NCBI GenBank assembly: GCA_965263355.1
Contig: CBDHHL010000008.1
Coordinates: forward strand, 1 to 42,393
Length of the DNA: 42,393 nucleotides
Source: Leptolyngbyaceae cyanobacterium
GTDB taxonomy: Bacteria > Cyanobacteriota > Cyanobacteriia > Phormidesmidales > Phormidesmidaceae
Direction: 5' to 3'
The number at the start of each line of letters is the position of its first letter. Within the stretch, counting starts at the first letter, position 1. A program made the position numbers and the translations under genes. Shown piece by piece: positions 35,209 to 42,393 of this stretch. The notes beneath the pieces were generated by a model. It had not been told where the DNA came from. It did not search any database and saw only the letters and a program-made list of their open reading frames with translations.

Positions 35209-35816
35209 CAAGAAAACGAAATAATCGCAAAAACAAGTCAGAGAAAGAGGTTGACTCAATTGGACCAAGTAGGACGGAGATCTTTATTGTTCGCTCAGTG
35301 CTACTTGGCGGTCTAGGCCTAATAACTGTACTCAGCCTGCAGCCATGGCTTGGGATCAGCTCAGTTCTTGTTGATTCAATCACCGTCGTCCCGTTTTATG
35401 ACGTACTTACGACGATCCCCTATGTGTCAAACGTCGTTCAGTACTTGGATAACGTGGGAGATAGCCTGTTTTCGGGCATTGTCGGGATCACGATCGCGGC
35501 GACAATCAACTACTACCAGGTTCGCGGTGGACTGAGCGTAAGCCGCCGCGATTGGGTGCTAAGGACGCTTGCAGGCTGCATTGAGATAATTGTGTGTGTC
35601 CACCATCATGCTCCATACGATGGCGGTTTTGAGGCACTTGCGTTGGACTTTCCAAGGCTGGACTTTTACAGCTTTGACCTGGTCGCAACAGTTTTCACAA
35701 TTGCAAACGTCATCTTGTTTGAAGTTGTCTTTCTATGCGGGTTTGACTACGTGAACAGATTAGAGGGGGAACGACTCAATGTCAGAGATCGTGAGCACGA
35801 AGCAGCCGCAGTCTAA
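35205..35816 (+). CDS. Multi-TM membrane protein
   Basis: Basic N-terminus followed by 3-4 hydrophobic helices. Confidence 0.7.
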   Translation: MTRKRNNRKNKSEKEVDSIGPSRTEIFIVRSVLLGGLGLITVLSLQPWLGISSVLVDSITVVPFYDVLTTIPYVSNVVQYLDNVGDSLFSGIVGITIAATINYYQVRGGLSVSRRDWVLRTLAGCIEIIVCVHHHAPYDGGFEALALDFPRLDFYSFDLVATVFTIANVILFEVVFLCGFDYVNRLEGERLNVRDREHEAAAV

Positions 35817-36633
35817 TCTAGGGGAATGCCCGATGGTATTGGCTCGCGTTACTGATGACCCCATGCATATTGGTGTTGTTGGCGGCATTGGAGTTTTAAT
35901 GCTCCTGAGCCTACCTGGTTGGTCCCTGATTCCTGCTGGTTTAGCCCTTTACGCCGTCGCTAATGATGTCATTTGGGCGCTTACCGACGACACAGACAGT
36001 GACGAAAAACCTGCAATAGATACTGAGGCTACTGAGGTAAAAGACCCGATCGCAGCGCTTAAAGAACGAAGTCCGGATAATTGGGTTGACAACTCTGGTT
36101 TACCTGAAATGTGGAAGCCCAGAGTTGAACCAGTTGAACCAGTGAGCACTGGTTTTAAGCGAGCTGCTGACGTGGTCGCTGACAGCTCGCCAGCTGAGTT
36201 GTTAGCTCTCCTCGGTGAGCGTGCGCCTCAGTGGTTGCAGTCAGCAGCGATCGCTCAGGAGATCGCGGCTGCGGAACCTGCACTTGAACCGGAACCACCT
36301 GCTGTCAATACGCCTGAAATCCCTTTTGAACCAATGGTTCCAGGTGGTTCTGGTTCTGGTTCTGGTTCGGTTCATGGTTCTGGTTCTGGTTCGGTTCATG
36401 GTTCGGATGCCGTTCTAGCTGGGCTCATGCAAGCGGTAGCAGCTGGCCCGCGAGTCGTGCCGGTCATGGGTGTGAGGGGAAAAACCTACAATATTGTCAA
36501 AACAGCACTTCAGTTAGAAAAGTCTCAGACTTGGATAATTGAGAATATCTTTGGAGTCAAGAAAGGTGGCTCGACCAAGTACAAGTCATCAGTTAGCTAT
36601 ATTAGGTGGGTGAAAGAGAATGGCTTGGGTTAA
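35779..36633 (+). CDS. Membrane protein with long linker and C-terminal HTH-like motif
   Basis: Two N-terminal TMs; Pro/Glu and GS linker; SQTWIIENIFGVKKGGSTKY. Confidence 0.65.
   Translation: MSEIVSTKQPQSNLGECPMVLARVTDDPMHIGVVGGIGVLMLLSLPGWSLIPAGLALYAVANDVIWALTDDTDSDEKPAIDTEATEVKDPIAALKERSPDNWVDNSGLPEMWKPRVEPVEPVSTGFKRAADVVADSSPAELLALLGERAPQWLQSAAIAQEIAAAEPALEPEPPAVNTPEIPFEPMVPGGSGSGSGSVHGSGSGSVHGSDAVLAGLMQAVAAGPRVVPVMGVRGKTYNIVKTALQLEKSQTWIIENIFGVKKGGSTKYKSSVSYIRWVKENGLG
36127..36404. repeat. Polarised GAACC/GGTTC pentamer array
   Basis: GAACC at 36127, 36136, 36274, 36286, 36292, 36328; then 11 GGTTC copies in 36336-36404. Confidence 0.75.
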
Positions 36634-36895
36634 AGGCTCAATTACACTAGCGGCGGCACATCGCATTTTCCCTCAGTTTGACATTACACAGATAGTGATA
36701 GGCAATAAGAGCGTCTACAGGGCAAGCATTGCTAATCAGCTCGTCTTCAATGATTCCTTAACTAGTCTTTGTGAGGGACTAGAAAGAATGCTATTCCACT
36801 GCATCGATCCGGCTAAGTTTACCGAGTTTCTTGAGAGTCGCCCTAAGCCGGACACTCCAGACACGGTAATCAGTTTGTTGACCAGAGATCTCTGA
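36620..36895 (+). CDS. Hypothetical protein
   Basis: 91 aa, last gene of the rightward operon, convergent with gpG. Confidence 0.5.
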   Translation: MAWVKGSITLAAAHRIFPQFDITQIVIGNKSVYRASIANQLVFNDSLTSLCEGLERMLFHCIDPAKFTEFLESRPKPDTPDTVISLLTRDL

Positions 36896-37307
36896 TCACT
36901 GCGAGTAATTCTGCTCTATCCTGTGCAGTGATTCCCAAAAAACGCCGTGATGGTTGTCGACCGTCGCGGCTTCCCTTTTGGAATCTAGCCGCATAAGGAC
37001 GGTTAGAGCCAACCAATAAGTAAGTAGGCCTCGCCACATATGTAATGCCGTCCCGCAAGGCCAGCGTGTATTTCCCCACTCCTCGATCTCGACCTTCCGC
37101 AGCCTTGCGGCGTTTCCACGCAGCACTAATAGGAGCCCATCGCTGACCGCCCGGTGATGTTTCGGAGTCAAAATAACTGCGTGTCCGCAGTAGCATGTAT
37201 TCCCCAAAGTCCTCAAATGCTGGCCGCAGGTCCCCGATCGCCTCTGTCGTATTTCTAAGCGCTCGCTGAACGTCGGCAGTTGTTATCTGGATTTCAATGC
37301 TAGCCAC
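36870..37307 (-). CDS. Mu gpG-like virion morphogenesis protein
   Basis: DLRPAFEDFGE...FDSETSPGGQRWAP...VGSNRPYAA.FQ.G...PSRRFLGI. Confidence 0.9.
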   Translation of the reverse strand: MASIEIQITTADVQRALRNTTEAIGDLRPAFEDFGEYMLLRTRSYFDSETSPGGQRWAPISAAWKRRKAAEGRDRGVGKYTLALRDGITYVARPTYLLVGSNRPYAARFQKGSRDGRQPSRRFLGITAQDRAELLAVIRDLWSTN

Positions 37308-37369
37308 ACGTCGATAGGTTTGTTTTAGCCCATGGTATAACTTAGGGTAACTCTCCTATTTCTTTAACC

Positions 37370-37582
37370 ATGGACGAACTTCTTAACCACTTTGATCAAA
37401 TCTTTCAACTTGAACTGGTAGGCATCATCACCGCTGTGGTTGCTAACCTAATCATTTACCCGTGGTATGAATCCGCAACCGGTCAACGGATTAAAGGACT
37501 CGCTAAGGATTTGAAGGATAAGTCAGCAAGTGATGAAGCGATGATCCTAACAAACGCAATCAAAGACAGTCTCGCCAAGTAG
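37370..37582 (+). CDS. Small single-TM protein (moron-like)
   Basis: Opposite strand within the late operon; TGGTATAAC upstream; own terminator; TM LVGIITAVVANLIIYPW. Confidence 0.65.
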   Translation: MDELLNHFDQIFQLELVGIITAVVANLIIYPWYESATGQRIKGLAKDLKDKSASDEAMILTNAIKDSLAK

Positions 37583-37637
37583 CCGGAAAGCCGTCTTTAG
37601 TCCTGTAGTAATAACTAGATTTGAAAAGCTTTAAGCG

Positions 37638-37671
37638 CTCGGCGACATGTGGGAACATCGCCGAGTTTTTT
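37638..37671 (+). terminator. Rho-independent terminator
   Basis: CTCGGCGA...TCGCCGAG followed by T6. Confidence 0.75.
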
Positions 37672-37680
37672 ATTGGAAAG

Positions 37681-37717
37681 TTTTGCAGGGTAAGTTGCGT
37701 TGAATTACCCTGCAAAA
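37681..37717. repeat. Dispersed palindrome copy 5, overlapping the MuF stop codon
   Basis: TTTTGCAGGGTA-agttgcgttgaat-TACCCTGCAAAA. Confidence 0.92.
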
Positions 37718-38406
37718 TTACTCGACTCCTCTGCAACTGCGATCGCAATATCAGGCTGAAGCCTCCCTAGTAATGATGCCTGCAGGTTTGAGCGTTCGCT
37801 GTCCCCCAGGGAACCTAGCTGCTGAGTCCAGCCAGGTTCCCTGGGGACTGGCAGTGGTTCACTTAGTGTTAGCCCTAGGCGTTCCATGTCCCGTTGAGAA
37901 AGGCTGAAGTACACGCAACGGCAGCCGTACCCGTGGGGCAGCCGAGTTGGTCTCTCATCAGTTCGGTAGACCTTGCCATCGTTTGCCAAATGAGTAGGCC
38001 TAGGGTCGTCGCTGCCCCCATGTCGCCACATCACGAATGGTCGACGAGATTTTACTCGTTGGATCTGCTCCTCCCGACCATTCCCGTAAGCTGAGCGGAG
38101 ATTAGTTTCCCAGATCAAGTTTGATCGCCAGTCGCGATTACCGGTGTAGCTCCAACCACGCTTAGCAACAATCTGGTCAAAATTCGCCTGGAATTCTTTT
38201 AAAGTAATTCCCTGCTCGATCGCTGCGTCCACTTCCTTTCTAATGTCGCTCAGTAGTGCCCCCTTAGCCCCAGCGACCATAAACACGGCCAGCTGTTCAG
38301 CCCCCGTAATGTCTCGCCATGAGTCCGTATCAATGTTCAGTTTGCTTGAGAAGAATTGAATTGCTTCGGCAAAAGGGAGTTGAGACCAACGAAAAATTGT
38401 GCGCAT
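37705..38406 (-). CDS. MuF/gp30 head morphogenesis protein (short form)
   Basis: LPFAEAIQFF..K...FMVAG...WETNLRSAY..GR...PRPTH...DG...PHGYGCRC. Confidence 0.93.
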   Translation of the reverse strand: MRTIFRWSQLPFAEAIQFFSSKLNIDTDSWRDITGAEQLAVFMVAGAKGALLSDIRKEVDAAIEQGITLKEFQANFDQIVAKRGWSYTGNRDWRSNLIWETNLRSAYGNGREEQIQRVKSRRPFVMWRHGGSDDPRPTHLANDGKVYRTDERPTRLPHGYGCRCVYFSLSQRDMERLGLTLSEPLPVPREPGWTQQLGSLGDSERSNLQASLLGRLQPDIAIAVAEESSNFAG

Positions 38407-38407
38407 T

Positions 38408-38560
38408 TTAATTACCTATTTCATCAAGCGCATCTTGCACCTCTCTGGTCGCATCCCTCGTGTTACTAGCACCTCCGTCGACGCTAGTGACCGTATGGAT
38501 CGCTAGCGCAATGGCGACCGCTGCTATTCCTGCTAGGGAGACGTTAATCAGTGTTTTCAT
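38408..38560 (-). CDS. 50-aa membrane peptide homologous to a tape-measure segment (absent from the ORF track)
   Basis: MKTLINVSLAGIAAVAIALAIHTVTSVDGGASNTRDATREVQDALDEIGN; fills the gap between neighbours; GAGGA upstream. Confidence 0.75.
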   Translation of the reverse strand: MKTLINVSLAGIAAVAIALAIHTVTSVDGGASNTRDATREVQDALDEIGN

Positions 38561-39053
38561 TGGGTTCCTCTAGATCGTCAATAGTTCCGTCTTCAGATAA
38601 ATCTTCCATTGCCCCAGCAATAGACGTTGCAACGATCGCATCACTGGCCAAACGGCGTAGGCTTTCACCATCAAGATTTGGATACAGATTCAGCAGGCCT
38701 TCGGCGAATTCGGCCAAGTCACTTACCCCATCAAGGCTATCCCTGATCTGGCCAACCCATCCGTCAATCAATGTTCCGGCTTGATTGCGGAATTGTTCTG
38801 ACCAGATAGCGACGGTGTCTGCTTCGGCAAACTCTGACTCAGTGTCAACGGAGTCGGGGTTAACCAGCTTGAATGACACTTGTGAGTCTGTGTACTGAAA
38901 AGCGATTACACGGTTTTCATCGGTTGCGATCGCAACTATCGCCCCATCGTCCTCGACCCTACCAGACTGAACTGAATCGACACCGTCTGTGTAAGTTTCA
39001 TTGATAAGATCGATTAATGTTGGATATTGTTCTTTCGGGATTTCAGTAGGCAT
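38544..39053 (-). CDS. Acidic protein whose C-half resembles the C-terminus of Mu-type portals
   Basis: EFAEAD...LIDGWVGQIRDSLDGVSDLAEFAEGLLNLYPNLD...LASDAIVATSIAG. Confidence 0.65.
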   Translation of the reverse strand: MPTEIPKEQYPTLIDLINETYTDGVDSVQSGRVEDDGAIVAIATDENRVIAFQYTDSQVSFKLVNPDSVDTESEFAEADTVAIWSEQFRNQAGTLIDGWVGQIRDSLDGVSDLAEFAEGLLNLYPNLDGESLRRLASDAIVATSIAGAMEDLSEDGTIDDLEEPNENTD

Positions 39054-39079
39054 GAACTTATGGTGAGCTTGGTAATAGT

Positions 39080-39298
39080 TTACGCTTCTGAGCTTTCCTT
39101 GAGCTTGACTCCTCTTGCCCCCAGAGAAACCGCGTAGCTCTCCTCCAACGACAGCCCTCCCTCCGCCTGGACTAGGCGAAGTATCTTATCAGCTAAGTCC
39201 AGTAGGCGCGCTTTCCTGCCGTCGTCTTCTGGTAGTTTTTTAGCTGTCCCTACAATGCCATGACGCAACTGCATCCTTCTTAGATTAATCTCAGTCAT
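39080..39298 (-). CDS. Small protein coupled to the portal-kinase gene
   Basis: 72 aa, ATGA overlap with the portal stop. Confidence 0.6.
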   Translation of the reverse strand: MTEINLRRMQLRHGIVGTAKKLPEDDGRKARLLDLADKILRLVQAEGGLSLEESYAVSLGARGVKLKESSEA

Positions 39299-41673
39299 CT
39301 GTTGAACAATTCATTAAAGGGATCATCATCGTCGTCAAACAAGTCGTCGTAGTCACTTAGGTCAAGTCCGCCACTCGTCGGTATAAGACCACCTGTCGTT
39401 GTAATTGGCAGAGTACTCAATGTCGAGTTGACCTCCGTCCATAGCTGGCGTTCAGTCTCTTTGGCTTCCTCTTGCGTCATCCTTGGGATATTCATCCTGG
39501 CATATTTATTGATGACCGGGTCTAGAGCGTCTTTTTCTGGCATTCCTCGCTCAATAAACTGGCCATTGGTCAGGACTTGAATGGATTCGGTTAGCTGATT
39601 TTTTGCTGTAATCTCCCCTACCTCGGCGTAGCCATAGTCAATTATCCTGACATCTCCAGCACTATTGATCATCACGTTTCCGTTGTGCATATCGCCATGA
39701 GTAACATTGGCCTCATGCATAGCTTGAACCTGAGCGAAAGTATTCGTGATTGTCGTTCGTTGTAACTCAGGATCGATAAAGACGTTTGAGTAGTCTTCAT
39801 ATCCGTCTAGATACTCCATTGCCATCTTGTCAACGCCCCTTTCATTGGATGACGTGGCGATAATCCTTGGACCAACACCAGCGTCACTCATTAGTTGCGA
39901 TGCTGAGATCTCGGCTTCCCCCATTTCAGCCCCAGGCACCATGTATTTAATTACAGCGCCGTCGCCTAAATAGACTTTCCCTTGAGCGCCCTGTCCAATA
40001 GGTGAACCCAACTCCGTCTCATCCTTGAACTCAAAGGCATCGCTAGGCTGCCCAGTCGTGGCCTGTGCCCCTACTGCCGCCCTTAGTTCCTCTGCCCGCC
40101 TTCGCTGTGCCTCGCTGGGGGTTTTTCTGCAGATTTTTAGAGCGCTAATGCAGGTGTTGCCACAGGAAACGCCCTTGACACAATTACGCTTTTTTCCGGC
40201 GAACTCTACCTCCGAAAATAGCCCCGAAACCTCGTCTAATTCCGGCAAGCTTTCCGGCGCGATCGGCTCAGGTTCTGGCTCATCTGTAACAGTCGGCTCT
40301 TCAATCGGCTCTTCAATAAGTCGTTCGGCTTGATCCTCGCTAACAGTCGGGACAGCCAGTACGACCAACTCGCGAGCGGCTTTAGTCGAGATAATGCCCT
40401 GAGATACTTGAGTGACAATGTCGACAATTGCCTGCACTTGCGCCCCGTTTAATCCGGTGGCTTCCCCGCTTTCAGGGGGAGCAAATCCATCGCCGTAAGT
40501 TGACTCAATGTATGCCTGAGTTGGGGGATAGCCCATTTCAGTAAGTACCCTATCCCGTTCAGACGTATCTTTAAGGTTGGCTGGTGGGCTTAGATCGCGG
40601 CTTATTTTTGGATAAGCTGCCCCAGGATAGTTCCAGTCGGTCAGCCACCTTGCCGGTCCTTTATTGAATGATTCGGAGATAGCGTCAGACAATGACTGAG
40701 CGATAGCTAGCTCAACATTTTCGTGAACTTCAGCCTGGGAACGACTTGAGCCGTCGTCTGTGGTCATCGTCTGACCTAAGATAACTTTTGATATTGCAGC
40801 GTTTTTATGGTCAATGTAGCTTTCGTAGCTAGCAGCTCCACTGCCGACCGCTTGGAGGAATTCAGCAGTCATCCAATGAGGGATCGCGATCCCGTCGTAA
40901 TCGCCTAGGTCAGCTGCGATCTGTGCCGACAAGTCCCGCTGTTCTGGCGTAGCTCCTTCCGGATAGCGAGTTAAACCCGTTGGCCTACCATACTTTTCTA
41001 AATATTTTGACCAGTACTTATCAGCAGCGCGTTTGAAGAATACTAGCCAGTACAAAAGCGATGCTGTGCCCTGGCCGTATGGATTGTCGTCGTCATGGCC
41101 ACCAAGATTCAAATACCAAAACTTTCTATCAGGCAGCTTGATTCCGTTGTAAGCATTTCCCCACGTCAGCAACCTTGGCTCTAGCTGGGGAGTGAACTTG
41201 AACCGTCTTCGATTGCGAACTTTGATAATGTCAATCTCGACGCGATCGCTCTCTCCACGCTTCCACATGAATTCCGCAAAACTGAAACCAAAAAGATCGC
41301 CGTACGCCATCTTTTCCGTAACTGTTCCAAATGCGTTTTTTTCTAGCTGACTCCGCAGTGACTTAGCTGCTTTCTGGTCAATCTTCCTCTCTCCACCTGG
41401 CTGGACACTTAACGGCGCTGCAGTGATCTTGTGGATTAATTGGTTATAGCTTGCTGCAACTTGATCATCCCTAGCGATAACCTCGAAAATCCTAAGGTTT
41501 TGGTGCCCTCGGTTGAGGATCGAGTATTCCTCTGCCCGGTTGAGCACAGGATCATTGAAGGGCAGTAACCCGGTCGTTGAGATATAGCCGCGAGTAATAT
41601 CTCTCGTCCCGCCAGACGGGGCATACTCACCACGGGGAGCACCTTTTTTTTGCATTACCCTAACTTCACTCAT
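39295..41673 (-). CDS. Mu gp29/DUF935 portal protein fused to a Cys4 motif and a protein-kinase-like domain
   Basis: Portal: NPYGQG...LYWLVFFKR...YLEKYGRP...ISKVILGQTMTT..GSSRSQAEVH; kinase: IGQGAQGKVY, VIK, MEYLDG, HGDMHNGN, IIDYG. Confidence 0.92.
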   Translation of the reverse strand: MSEVRVMQKKGAPRGEYAPSGGTRDITRGYISTTGLLPFNDPVLNRAEEYSILNRGHQNLRIFEVIARDDQVAASYNQLIHKITAAPLSVQPGGERKIDQKAAKSLRSQLEKNAFGTVTEKMAYGDLFGFSFAEFMWKRGESDRVEIDIIKVRNRRRFKFTPQLEPRLLTWGNAYNGIKLPDRKFWYLNLGGHDDDNPYGQGTASLLYWLVFFKRAADKYWSKYLEKYGRPTGLTRYPEGATPEQRDLSAQIAADLGDYDGIAIPHWMTAEFLQAVGSGAASYESYIDHKNAAISKVILGQTMTTDDGSSRSQAEVHENVELAIAQSLSDAISESFNKGPARWLTDWNYPGAAYPKISRDLSPPANLKDTSERDRVLTEMGYPPTQAYIESTYGDGFAPPESGEATGLNGAQVQAIVDIVTQVSQGIISTKAARELVVLAVPTVSEDQAERLIEEPIEEPTVTDEPEPEPIAPESLPELDEVSGLFSEVEFAGKKRNCVKGVSCGNTCISALKICRKTPSEAQRRRAEELRAAVGAQATTGQPSDAFEFKDETELGSPIGQGAQGKVYLGDGAVIKYMVPGAEMGEAEISASQLMSDAGVGPRIIATSSNERGVDKMAMEYLDGYEDYSNVFIDPELQRTTITNTFAQVQAMHEANVTHGDMHNGNVMINSAGDVRIIDYGYAEVGEITAKNQLTESIQVLTNGQFIERGMPEKDALDPVINKYARMNIPRMTQEEAKETERQLWTEVNSTLSTLPITTTGGLIPTSGGLDLSDYDDLFDDDDDPFNELFNR

Positions 41674-41700
41674 TGAACCCTTGCGATTGTTTCAGACAGT

Positions 41701-42393
41701 TTAATTGATCCGATGTATCTGACTGGCTAGATCATCCAATCTCTCAGATCCATCTACTTCCCAAACTCCAGAGTAAGTATGTTGTCCCTGGTGATCTCTA
41801 CTGGACTCTTCACATAGATTCCAAAGCCATAGGTCAACCCCGTGCGATTTGCATTTTGCGATAATTTCGAGGTACATCTGGCACTGAGCCTTGCGAATAA
41901 TTGGCAGGTCAATCGCTGAAAATGCCGACGTTTCAAAGGCGTTTTTAAGCCCCATTGCCTGAACTGCTCTCCAGAACGGAGGGAGACAGTTTAGTCTCGC
42001 AAGGGAGACTAAACCTATTGCGCTAACTTTCATGCACTGGACGGCTTCTGATTCGAGAGAGACCTCGGCTCTCTCGCGATAGAGCTTGGTATAGTCGGCC
42101 CCTGAAAAGCCCGTTAGCCCGCTCAACTCTGAGAGCCTTACTAAGATGCTGTCACGGTCCATCTGTTGCCTGATCTTGTATTCAGACGCCCATAGCTCTA
42201 AGTTGGGATATTTTGACTTGATATGCCAATAAAGATCGACTATTTGTGCCCAAAGCTCCCTATCCCCGCAAAGTATCAACTCACCGACTAGCGTGATCCG
42301 ACGAACGCCCCGACCAACGCAGTGATCGACGATGGGCTTAGCTAAGTCGATTAAGCGACCTTTCAGAGCTAGCGAATCTCGCCCCTTCAGCTC
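41701..42393 (-). CDS. 3' part of the junction-spanning GH10-like protein
   Basis: Frame stays open from 42279 up to the window end; ITLVGE, LWASEY, AFE, AQCQMYLEII..C...LWLWN echo GH10 barrel motifs. Confidence 0.7.
   Translation of the reverse strand, partial: ELKGRDSLALKGRLIDLAKPIVDHCVGRGVRRITLVGELILCGDRELWAQIVDLYWHIKSKYPNLELWASEYKIRQQMDRDSILVRLSELSGLTGFSGADYTKLYRERAEVSLESEAVQCMKVSAIGLVSLARLNCLPPFWRAVQAMGLKNAFETSAFSAIDLPIIRKAQCQMYLEIIAKCKSHGVDLWLWNLCEESSRDHQGQHTYSGVWEVDGSERLDDLASQIHRIN
42383..42393 (+). repeat. Terminal direct repeat (right copy)
   Basis: Identical to 1-11. Confidence 0.95.

Larger units (their letters stand above)
1..42393. mobile_element. Apparently complete circular cyanophage / phage-plasmid genome with Mu-like head and neck genes and a siphovirus-type tail
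   Basis: Terminase, portal, protease, capsid, adaptor, tail tube, tape measure, lysis and replication genes present; 11-bp terminal repeat; no host housekeeping genes; many HIP1 sites. Confidence 0.9.

Noticed and set aside
10738..37717. Palindromic repeats as a CRISPR array
   Set aside because: Copies are kilobases apart with no repeat-spacer periodicity, and no cas genes are present

Overview
The window appears to be a complete, circularly permuted cyanobacterial siphophage or phage-plasmid genome of about 42,382 bp. An 11-bp terminal repeat (CCCTTCAGCTC) closes the circle, and one ORF reads in frame across the join. At least 17 HIP1 octamers (GCGATCGC) point to a cyanobacterial host. Head and neck genes are Mu-like (gp28-type TerL, DUF935 portal, MuF/gp30, gpG, gpI protease, gp36, gp37). 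I recognise no transposase, integrase or ParA. Replication appears to use an initiator with an internal iteron/palindrome origin. The most unusual elements are: (1) a FixL-like heme-PAS/coiled-coil/2-TM protein coupled to a T4-T-like TM-GAF holin candidate, a possible O2/redox-gated lysis timer; (2) a portal protein fused to an intact protein-kinase domain behind a putative maturation-protease site, with the usual portal C-terminus moved to a separate ORF; (3) an unannotated 50-aa membrane peptide that copies the tape-measure TM/juxtamembrane segment; (4) five dispersed TTTTGCAGGGTA-N13/14-TACCCTGCAAAA palindromes, each beside a hairpin; (5) a ~12-kb block of fibre and carbohydrate-active genes between capsid and adaptor, plus an endolysin-lipase pair. 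All family calls are by-eye motif recognition, not database searches.
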